Of a stretch of 64,000 bases of DNA, positions 56,160 to 64,000 are shown one piece after another. A model generated the notes under the pieces. That model was not told the DNA's origin, ran no database searches, and was given only the letters and a program-made list of their open reading frames with translations. A program made the translations under genes and the position numbers. Each line of letters begins with the position of its first letter. Within the stretch, counting starts at the first letter, position 1. Origin of the DNA: an uncultured Acidobacteriota bacterium (GTDB lineage Bacteria; Acidobacteriota; Vicinamibacteria; Marinacidobacterales; DATDRI01). The DNA lies in NCBI GenBank assembly GCA_963722765.1, contig CAVROO010000025.1, forward strand, positions 104,378 to 168,377. Reading direction: 5' to 3'.

Positions 56160-57084
56160 GTGACGAGTTCGAAAATAGACTCGAGGTCGGATTCGGTTTC
56201 TACCGATTGCCCTCTTTGCGGGCACGACCAGTCCCGGTTCGGTTGGGCGGGCGCTCTGATTTATCGAGGCGTGGAATACGTTTTTCGGGAATGTCTCGCC
56301 TGTGGATCTCTATTCTGTGATCCCATGCCTGACGATACGGCAGTGAGAAGCATGTATGGAGCGACCTACTGTTCGAGTTTCAACGGCGAGAGCCAATCCG
56401 ATGATCCGAGGCAGACAAAAAAGCTGTTACAGATTCTGGACGAGATGAGTCCTGGAACTTTCATGGATTTCGGGTGTGGTGACGGTTGTCTTCTCGAAGA
56501 GGCCGCGGACCGGGGATGGGATTCCGTCGGGGTCGAAGTTGATGCCGGAGTTGCGGATCGCACGGCTCGGCGAACGGGCTTGAAAGTTCTTCATCTCGAC
56601 GACGAACAATCCGAGATACCCGATGCGGATGTCCTTCATCTCGGGGATGTGATCGAGCACTTGACCGATCTCAGAGACCAGTTTGCAGAAGATCCTTCGA
56701 CACCTCAAGCCGGGCGGTCTCCTCGTGGCGCAAGGACCTTTGGAAGCGAATACCAGTCTTTTTACATGGATTTTGCGCACGGGTAGATTCTTTCGAAAGG
56801 GCCGTCCCCGGGAGATGCCTCCCTATCACGTGATTTTAGCCACGGCAGAAGGCCAAAGGAGCTTGTTTCGGCGACACCGGTTCCGGGAAGTCAACTTTCA
56901 GGTCAGTGAAGTAGACTGGCCCGCGCCGAGCCGGCTTTCCTTCAGGACTCTGGCCTCTCCCCGCAAGGTAACTATTTTCGCCCTTCGTCGTGCCTCTACT
57001 TGGCTGTCGAAGCTTGATCTCGCCGATTGGGGGAACAGGTACTTCTTCGTCGGTCAGTGGCTTGGACCCAATAACCGAAACTAG
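56160..57084 (+). CDS. SAM-dependent methyltransferase with N-terminal Cys4 zinc-ribbon (frame change ~56685 as assembled)
   Basis: CPLCGHDQ..CLACGSLFC. Motif I FMDFGCGDGCLL. ORFs 56160..56786 and 56683..57084 join at ..HLGDVIEHLTDLRDQF / QKILRHLKPGGLLVAQGP. Confidence 0.75.
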
Positions 57085-57097
57085 TTGTTGGAGCGAC

Positions 57098-59225
57098 ATG
57101 TCGGCCAAAAAGGAAATGCCACAGGGTCAATGTAGCACCCTCAAAACGTGGGTGTTTCGTGGAATGACGGCCGGCAATGCGTTGGCGTCTGTCGAGATTG
57201 TCTTTGCCCTTTCGTCTGGATACGGCATGTCGGTGGCCTACATGGTTCTGGTCTTGGTTGCGAATACCGCCGCCGGTACGGTGTTCGGAGCTGCGATTGG
57301 ACTATTCATCCGGGAACGTCCGACCGGACAGAAGGAAAACTTCGCCTCAGCTTTCGTTCCGCTGGCCACCGGAGTCGTCTGCTTGTTCGTCCTGCCGAAG
57401 CTCGTCGAGTCAACACGATTTAGCAGTTCGCCGGTACGTTTTGGAATTGTGCTGCTCACTTTTCTGGCTTTGGCCGAAATAGTCGTTTATTCGCTTTTCC
57501 GGAAACACAGTCGGACGACTCGTGTGGAGTTGTCGGTCAGCCTATCGGTTTTCCTGGTCGTATTCTTTCTTGTGTCCAGCGAGTTCTTCACGCGATACTT
57601 CTTCGTATCCTATTTCAGTGTTGGCGGTATGCTCACCAACGGCGCTCTGGTGGTGGCTTTGTTGATCGGCACCTTCGTGCAAGACCGTCTGCTCGCCGGG
57701 AGAGGTGGACTCGATCTTGAAGCCGTCGCTTCCCCGTGCGTTGGTCGTCTTTGCGATGACCGCAGTCGGGGTTTTTGTCGTCTGGCTCGCCTGCCGCCCT
57801 GAACCCCTCATCATCGAAAAAGACGTGGTTTCGAAACCCGATGCCGGACACCCCTCCGTAATCATCATCAGTATCGATACATTGCGGGCCGACCATCTTT
57901 CCTGTTACGGGTATCGACGAAAGACGAGCCCACTCATTGATCGATTCGCGAAGGACAGCGTACTTTATGAGAATGCTCTGTCGCCTTCCACGTGGACGCT
58001 GCCCGGACACGCCTCGATTTTCACGGGAAACTTCCCTCTGCAACACGCTGCCCACTTCGTCGAGACTTGTGAGTCCTGCACGGGGGATCGCGCTATTTCC
58101 GTCGGCGTTGCTCCACCAGCTACCCCGCTACACCAGGACCACTTGACCTTAGCGGAGATACTGGAGGGAAATGGTTATCGAACCGCGGCTATCGTCTCCA
58201 ATTTCGCCTACTTTCATCCCGACTTTGGATTGAATCAGGGATTTCAATTCCACGACTATCGAGCTAGAAGACTGTTTGGCTATGAACCGATTCTCAATTC
58301 GTATCTGAAGTACGTTCCACATTTGCACAATCAAATTACGAAACCCTACCGGTCCGCAACGGAGATCAATGATGTGACTTTCCGGTGGCTCGAGAGCGGG
58401 AATCGTGAGCCTTTCTTCCTTTTCTTGAACTACATGGAGCCTCATCAGCCATATTCTCCTCCTTCTCCCCATTACACTGCTTTTACAGGAACAAAGGCTT
58501 TTATGGATCCAAGGTTGAAGCCGGGCGGCCAAATGCAGATGGACGAAGACGATCGTGATCACTTCATCGCTCTCTACGACGGGGAAATTGCCTATGTGGA
58601 TGCCGAAGTCGGTACCTTACTCACCCGATTGAAAAAAATGGGAATCTACGATGAGGCTTTGATAGTCGTTACTTCGGACCACGGCGAGTTTTTCGGTGAA
58701 CACGATTTGTGGGAACACACTTGTGGACCTTACGAGCCGGTACATCGCGTACCTTTGATCGTGAAGTATCCGAACAGCGAAAGCGTCGGGGTTGAACACT
58801 CCATGGTGCAAACTATCGATATCTTGCCGACTATTCTCGAGTACGCGGGTATTCCCGTGCCGGCGGGTATCCAAGGAACTTCTCTTCGAGGGCGCAAGCA
58901 CGCGATCATGACGGAACAGTACGTGAATACCTATCTAGCCCGACAGTTCGGCGGACATCTTGCGCTCGGATACAAGAGCTACTATGAAGCTCCGTGGAAG
59001 CTCGTCGTCTACTCAGACGGCGAAGTGCGTCTCTATGATCTCGACCGCGATCCACACGAGAATCGAGACCTATCCAATGAAGAGACGATTATCACAGCAA
59101 CTATGCAATCAAAATTGGCTGACTTGGTTTTGTCCTTGACTTCAACCGCCCCGGTGAAATCAAAGACCGGAGAGCTGGATGACGAAACCGTTCGGAGACT
59201 CAGGGCGCTGGGATATGTGCAATAG
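57098..59225 (+). CDS. membrane domain + sulfatase-fold enzyme, paralog 3 (either one frameshifted fusion or two overlapping genes)
   Basis: ORF frame from ATG 57098 encodes ~5 TM helices and ends in Arg/Cys-rich junk. ORF 57705..59225 (GTG) has a further TM then IIISIDTLRADHLSCYGY, STWTLPGHASIFTGNFPLQHA, TSDHGEFFGEHD, tail ETVRRLRALGYVQ*. 98-nt out-of-frame overlap suggests a frame change ~57700. Confidence 0.7.
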
Positions 59226-59243
59226 CGAAAGGGCTGGGATCGA

Positions 59244-60062
59244 ATGAGTATTCCTGGAAAATTCGTAAGAACTCTCAAAAAGGCCCTCCACCCTTTGAGG
59301 CGAAGATTGGGAAGATTCGTAGTTTTGCCCGATCAAGAAGTCCGAAGGGACGGAATCTTCTACAAGGCCGGCTGCCTCGTTGCGTCGGAAAAAATGGAGG
59401 GTGATTACCTGGAGTTCGGGGTCTACCGAGGTGAGTCGTTCATATCAGCGTTCAGATCCATTTCTTTGGCTTTTGAGCACATGTCTACACCGAACGAGTG
59501 GAACTTGCCTCGCGATTGCGTCGAGAGGCGGAAAGTTTGGGAGCGAATGCGATTCTTTGCATTTGATTCCTTTCAAGGACTGCCTCGGCTCGTCGGCCGA
59601 GACCGGCAGACCCGGGATTTCGTCGAAGGAAAGTACGAATGTTCGGCGGCGGAGTTCGAGAAAAACTTGAAAGTCGCCGGGGTTCCCGAGGAACGCGTAT
59701 CGATGGTGCCGGGTTTTTACGAGGAGACCTTGAATCCATCTACAATAGAGAGATTCGGTTTGAAAACTGCGGCTATTGTCAATATTGATTCCGATCTATA
59801 CGAGTCTGCCAGGTTGATACTCCGTTTCATCAAGCCTCTTTTGGTCAGTGGAACCGTCATAATATTCGACGATTGGTATTGTTACCGTGGTGACCCGGAG
59901 CTGGGCGAACGAAAGGCGTGTCGAGAGTGGCTAGATGCTCATCCTGAGTTGTGTTTGACCGAGTATCACAAGGAAGGGCCATGGCGTAATAGTTTCATCG
60001 TCAATCTTCAGGATGGCGGTCGAGTCAACGCTCCGTCAGATATTTCTGGATCACCTTCCTAG
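59244..60062 (+). CDS. TylF/MycF-like (macrocin O-methyltransferase family) methyltransferase
   Basis: EGDYLEFGVYRGESF and NIDSDLYESARLILRFIKPLLVSGTVIIFDDWYCY match the TylF-family core. Confidence 0.75.
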   Translation: MSIPGKFVRTLKKALHPLRRRLGRFVVLPDQEVRRDGIFYKAGCLVASEKMEGDYLEFGVYRGESFISAFRSISLAFEHMSTPNEWNLPRDCVERRKVWERMRFFAFDSFQGLPRLVGRDRQTRDFVEGKYECSAAEFEKNLKVAGVPEERVSMVPGFYEETLNPSTIERFGLKTAAIVNIDSDLYESARLILRFIKPLLVSGTVIIFDDWYCYRGDPELGERKACREWLDAHPELCLTEYHKEGPWRNSFIVNLQDGGRVNAPSDISGSPS

Positions 60063-62124
60063 CTTCGGCATCGTCTCCTGCTGCGCGGAGAAGTATATCG
60101 AGGTCATCGTTTCCGTAGGGGCCAATAACCCTAACCGCATCTTCCGCATCGATCCCGGGCAGGAGAGAGCGCCCGATTTGGAGCTGTTCCACCGCCTGTT
60201 TCACAAGTCCGCGGGAGGCTAGATAGAGAGCATGGTTCGCTCGCAGTCGACTCCATGTCGGCTCCAGCTCGAGAGCGTAAAGGAAAAGTGGGTCGGCGAG
60301 CCGGTCGTGGCGAAGGTTCCCTTCCGTCCAGGCAAGCTCGAACCAGTGACGTCCGCGGGCGGGAGCTAGACGGACCGCTTCCTCGAAAGAGGCGCGCGCC
60401 TGCTCGAATCGGAGGTCACGGTAACGGGCGGCGTCGGCGGAGCGGTACGCTTCCTCGTTATAGAGAAGACCACGCTTGAACGAAACCTCAGGATTGGAGG
60501 AAGCAAAGCGAGCGGCTTCGGTTAGGCGCCCTGCAACTCGTGCGAATTCCTCCGGCTCGGCGAGAATGGGGTCTATTTCCCACGTGATCTGCCGGGACTG
60601 GCCGATGGACACCGAACGCCATCCGATCCCTGCCGTGAGTGCCAAAACAGCAAACGCCCAATAGAAACGGTAACCCTTCACGAAGGACGGTGACGGTGCG
60701 GTTCGAGGGTGGGCGCTCGCTACGATTCCCAAGAGAGTCGCCAATAGCAGGCCGTTTGACGGGATTCGCGTGTTAAAATCGAAAATGCTGTGAACGAGCA
60801 GAGCGAAGCAAGCGGCCGTGATGCCCATTAGGATTCCGTAACTGCGGCCGATGTCCTTGCCTTCCAGTTTCTTTCGTGCTCGTCCCGCGACGGCTACAAC
60901 GAATCCCGCCAGCACGACGAGACCGGCGAGGCCCGTTTCGCAAGCATGTTCGACGAGATCGCTTTCCGCGTGCTCGGCCCGGGTTTCGTCGGTACCTGTT
61001 CTATAAGGAGGTATGGCTGCCCCGTAGGTACCAACGCCCGTGCCCAAGACAGGGGAGCGTGTGAAAAGGCGGAAGGAATCGGACCACAGCTTCAGCCGGA
61101 ACTGGATCGAGATATCCTCGTCGGGCCGGACCATGGTCCCCAGACGATTGAATACGATCTGAGGAGCGGCGAGGAATATGATGGTCGAGATTATCCCCGC
61201 CCATATTGCAAGCGCACCGGCACGGGCGCGCGCTTTGCTTTGAAGGACGACGAAGCCTAGCAACACCACTCCCGCTGCCGTAGCGATGAGACCACCCCGG
61301 GAGCGGGATAGCACCAACGCGATTCCCATGATTGTCGCGGACCCTCCAAAGAGAATTGCGGGCGTCGGCGTGCGACGTTCGATGTAGCCGATGGTTGCTC
61401 CCAGCGCGACCAGTGTGCACATCTCGACATATCCGGCGAAATGGTTGTGGTTGACGAAAGGGCCGAACGGTGTGGCGGAGGCAACGGGGAAACGCCCGTA
61501 GAGCGTGGTACCCCAGCGTGCCTGCTGATAGACGGCAAAGAAGGAAAGAGCGACGCCGACGGCGGTCACCGCATATACAAAAAGGCGGATCTCGCTACGA
61601 CGATTGAAAAGATGACCTGCGAGAAAAAAGGCCGCGGCTAGTGAAGCGAAACGGAGAAGCTCGGCTTCCGTCGAGAACGGCTCAATGGAGAGGGGTCGCC
61701 AAGCTTCACCCAAAATCTGTTTTGCTTCTTGGACCACGGGAACATGCACTGCGTGGGAGGCGGGTGCGACCATTTTTAGTAGACTGGTTGGCACGGGGAG
61801 AAGTTGGAGAAGACCTATTCCCAGCCCCAGGAGAATCCAGCGACTCGCCACCCACGCGGGTCGCGGGTTCTTTTTCGACAATAAAAGGTAGACCACCCAC
61901 ACTCCCAAAAGAATAAAGAGAGCGCCCGTCAGAAGCCCCATAGGCCGGTAGGTTGCGGATCCAAAGGGCCAGGGAGATGCAATGAGCAGCAAAAGAAAAA
62001 CGGACCTCAGACACCATGTTGTAACTCGACCGCCGGCGGACATGCTTTCGTGACGATCTTTCCGAACCGGGGCTTGGACTTCGAATACCCGGGAAGGTTC
62101 GGTCTCGGCCGTCCTCGAGCTCAA
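60025..62124 (-). CDS. O-antigen ligase/polymerase-family membrane domain fused to C-terminal TPR domain
   Basis: ~12 TM with ..PFVNHNHFAGYVEM.., ..LSRSRGGLIATAAGVVLL.. (Wzy_C-type loop). C-terminal ~200 aa TPR-like (..RFEQARASFEEAVRLAPARGRHWFELAW..). Start may be the internal ATG at 62043. Confidence 0.75.
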   Translation of the reverse strand: MSSRTAETEPSRVFEVQAPVRKDRHESMSAGGRVTTWCLRSVFLLLLIASPWPFGSATYRPMGLLTGALFILLGVWVVYLLLSKKNPRPAWVASRWILLGLGIGLLQLLPVPTSLLKMVAPASHAVHVPVVQEAKQILGEAWRPLSIEPFSTEAELLRFASLAAAFFLAGHLFNRRSEIRLFVYAVTAVGVALSFFAVYQQARWGTTLYGRFPVASATPFGPFVNHNHFAGYVEMCTLVALGATIGYIERRTPTPAILFGGSATIMGIALVLSRSRGGLIATAAGVVLLGFVVLQSKARARAGALAIWAGIISTIIFLAAPQIVFNRLGTMVRPDEDISIQFRLKLWSDSFRLFTRSPVLGTGVGTYGAAIPPYRTGTDETRAEHAESDLVEHACETGLAGLVVLAGFVVAVAGRARKKLEGKDIGRSYGILMGITAACFALLVHSIFDFNTRIPSNGLLLATLLGIVASAHPRTAPSPSFVKGYRFYWAFAVLALTAGIGWRSVSIGQSRQITWEIDPILAEPEEFARVAGRLTEAARFASSNPEVSFKRGLLYNEEAYRSADAARYRDLRFEQARASFEEAVRLAPARGRHWFELAWTEGNLRHDRLADPLFLYALELEPTWSRLRANHALYLASRGLVKQAVEQLQIGRSLLPGIDAEDAVRVIGPYGNDDLDILLRAAGDDAEARKVIQKYLTER

Positions 62125-62725
62125 GCTCTCTCCTTAGTAGTGAAATAGAGTATTCGGCTGCACTTACTGCCGGCGAACTTGCCGCTTTGGTATCTAGGTT
62201 TTCAGGGAACTTTAGGTAATCATAGCATACCGATCGATCTTTTTTGCTGTCGCCTTGCGGGAAGAAGTGACAGACCTGCAGGGAAAAGCCCCTCAGAAAA
62301 CCTTGGAAATAGGAGCATTTGATGGGATTCACCTACGAAGGCCGATTCGAAACAAGTGTTTGCCTCTTGGCTGAATGTGACTCGGCCTGGTGTATCTAGT
62401 TGAAAGAAAAATGGTTGTGAAGTTGCTTTTCGACGAGCGTCAATCCAACGGGAACTGGCAAAGGTTTTGCTATGTCCAATGGTTGTTAACGAAGAAGTTG
62501 AGCCCCAACGCTGAAGTTGAAGCGAAGGTTGTCAGATCGCCGCCCCCTAGGATTAGGCAGCTACTCTAGGATGGCGGGTTCAGGTAGCTGCTGAACCTGG
62601 GCGGCACCCTGCGAGGCGAGGTCGGAGTGGGTGTGAAGGTCGATTCCGGTGACGGTTCCGGGTTTCGGTTAGTCGCATCCAGGTTGGGGGCTCCGATCTC
62701 GCCCGCCCCCCCCAAACAACTCTTC

Positions 62726-62759
62726 AGAGTTCTCGGGTACTTGAGTTCTCGAGTTCTCT
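62726..62759 (-). repeat. short tandem AGAACTC array (family copy 5, sense with the DUF2090-like gene)
   Basis: Plus strand agagttctcgggtacttgagttctcgagttctct. On the minus strand it starts ~4 nt after the stop at 62764. Confidence 0.65.
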
Positions 62760-62763
62760 CTTT

Positions 62764-63687
62764 TTATTTCTGCGCCTTCTGCCAGATGTCAACACATTCT
62801 TTGTAGTTGCCGGCGATGGTCTCTATCGCCACGTCTTCTTCATTCCGATTCTCGAGAAAAAGCTTCAACGGTTCACTGAAATTAGTTCGGCCAACGGAAA
62901 ACCCGATGAAGCCGGGAACGGGAGCCGCTACCTCGAGCCACTGGTGCACTTTTTCCTTGTTCGAGCCCCTGCCTAGAATGACACAGCCCACATCTTTCCT
63001 ATCATCGCCTGCTCGGACCTGGGCCGCCACTGCTACCGCGTGTTCCCGCTCGTCGAGGCCTTCGATCTTCCAGACGTCGGGTTCGATGCCGAAGTCTTGT
63101 ATCGCTTTGATGGCTTCCACCATGCGACGCGGACGAATCTCGGTGTCGTAACGATCTCCGGCACTTTTTTCTTCGTCCGTTGTCGCCGGCACCAGCAGCT
63201 CGAACATGAAATATTGATCTTCGGTGGATCGTAGGTAGTCCGAGAGGAGCTTTAGCCGGGCCATTTGAGTGTGATTTTCCGCCGGATCGCCCTCGGGGTG
63301 GAACGGGACGAGCGCTTTGACCATATCGGGCGCAATGAATCGGATGTGATCGGCCCAGCGCCCGCCGTAGTCGAAATCGAAAGTACCGGTCCCGGCTTTT
63401 TCTACGGGTATTCCGGCGGGGATCCCCTTGGATTTTGCATCGGCGATGATGTGGGTGCCGAACTGCGCGTCCACCAAGATTCCCACCGACTCATGCGGTA
63501 CACCTAGGTCGATGGCTTTGAGCAAGCCGCGGTAGATAATCGTCTTGGCCTCGGATACGGGAAGATGTTGATCGTCCTCGGCGTCTATTCTCGGCGTCCC
63601 TTTGAAGCCGAAATAGGTTTTGGTGAAGCTCCCGCGATGATCGAATGGCTGGACGAAAAGCGGCCGGTCGTACCCAATCTTTTTCAT
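62764..63687 (-). CDS. DUF2090 / LacD-like class I aldolase-fold protein
   Basis: Start MKKIGYDRPLFVQPFDHRGSF (ATG 63687). The ..FDHRGSF.. N-terminal motif and ~300-aa TIM-barrel-like length fit the DUF2090 (IolC C-terminal domain-like) family as I recall it. Confidence 0.55.
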   Translation of the reverse strand: MKKIGYDRPLFVQPFDHRGSFTKTYFGFKGTPRIDAEDDQHLPVSEAKTIIYRGLLKAIDLGVPHESVGILVDAQFGTHIIADAKSKGIPAGIPVEKAGTGTFDFDYGGRWADHIRFIAPDMVKALVPFHPEGDPAENHTQMARLKLLSDYLRSTEDQYFMFELLVPATTDEEKSAGDRYDTEIRPRRMVEAIKAIQDFGIEPDVWKIEGLDEREHAVAVAAQVRAGDDRKDVGCVILGRGSNKEKVHQWLEVAAPVPGFIGFSVGRTNFSEPLKLFLENRNEEDVAIETIAGNYKECVDIWQKAQK

Positions 63688-63731
63688 TTCCCTCGGCGGT
63701 AGTTTATCGCGATTCGACGGGAATCGGAATC

Positions 63732-64000
63732 TCACTCGGTGTCGTTCAATATGTTTCTTGCGTGAGTGAAAGACTTGGACAATCGTTCGAAGCGTTTCGT
63801 CACCGTTTCGACGTTCGAATGGGCGAGCTCGAGGTGGCGATTCAGTTTGGACATCTCGGGCCCGATCTGCTCGAGCTCGATCGCCACTTCCTCGAGGCCG
63901 GCGAGAATGGCTCCGGCCCGCTCCGACGCGGCCAGGGTGCGAGAGCCCACGAGCACGGTTTGTAGGAAAGCATAGAAGCCAATAGGGCCGGTGGGGATGA
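63732..64000 (-). CDS. hypothetical protein, 3' part (5' end beyond window end)
   Basis: Frame is open from the window edge (..IPTGPIGFYAFLQTVLVGSRTLAASERAGAILAGLEEVAIELEQIGPEMSKLNRHLELAH..NILNDTE*). Helical/coiled-coil character, no family recognised. Confidence 0.4.
   Translation of the reverse strand, partial: IPTGPIGFYAFLQTVLVGSRTLAASERAGAILAGLEEVAIELEQIGPEMSKLNRHLELAHSNVETVTKRFERLSKSFTHARNILNDTE

Overview
This is 64 kb of a moderately high-GC bacterial chromosome. The gene content looks Acidobacteriota-like (inference): an acidobacterial-type VWA protein, a CarboxypepD_reg-type TonB receptor, and many TPR and sulfatase-like proteins.

- **Left part (1-25 kb):** a fused MFS/spermidine-synthase-like gene, an M14 carboxypeptidase, a VWA+TPR pair, a decayed TonB-dependent receptor, a PMT_2-TPR protein followed by two sulfatase-like paralogs, argF, a TlpA-like thioredoxin, and the aceE-aceF-lpdA pyruvate dehydrogenase operon.
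- **Middle (25-34 kb):** a wHTH/TolB-like regulator and an RHH-MazF toxin-antitoxin pair. A minus-strand operon follows: S26B-type peptidase, NTP_transf_5 nucleotidyltransferase and a sigma-54 enhancer-binding response regulator (EBP). Next to it are divergent FecR-like and secreted repeat-protein genes.
- **Right part (34-62 kb):** a ~28 kb Wzx/Wzy-type exopolysaccharide locus. It holds Wzc, Wza, an AMIN-barrel protein, a WecA-like initiating transferase, six glycosyltransferases, AsnB and an acetyltransferase. It also holds three methyltransferases, a flippase, polymerase-like and O-antigen-ligase-like proteins, and a membrane sulfatase-like enzyme.

Main hunt results:
1. Eight -24/-12 sigma-54 promoter matches, two of them perfect 16-mers, sit in front of most transcription units between 30.4 and 50.5 kb. 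They come with IHF-like sites and TGCCA/TGGCA palindromes. The window holds a single EBP, and it carries an atypical GAYTDA loop. Together these form a candidate self-contained sigma-54 matrix/EPS regulon that includes an uncharacterised peptidase-nucleotidyltransferase pair.
2. There are two copies of a TA-flanked MITE-like composite element. There is also a family of sense-oriented CAGAR/AGAAC short tandem arrays directly 3' of stop codons.
3. About twenty frame disruptions occur in otherwise conserved genes, concentrated in the TonB receptor.

No rRNA, tRNA, CRISPR array or transposase gene was recognised.
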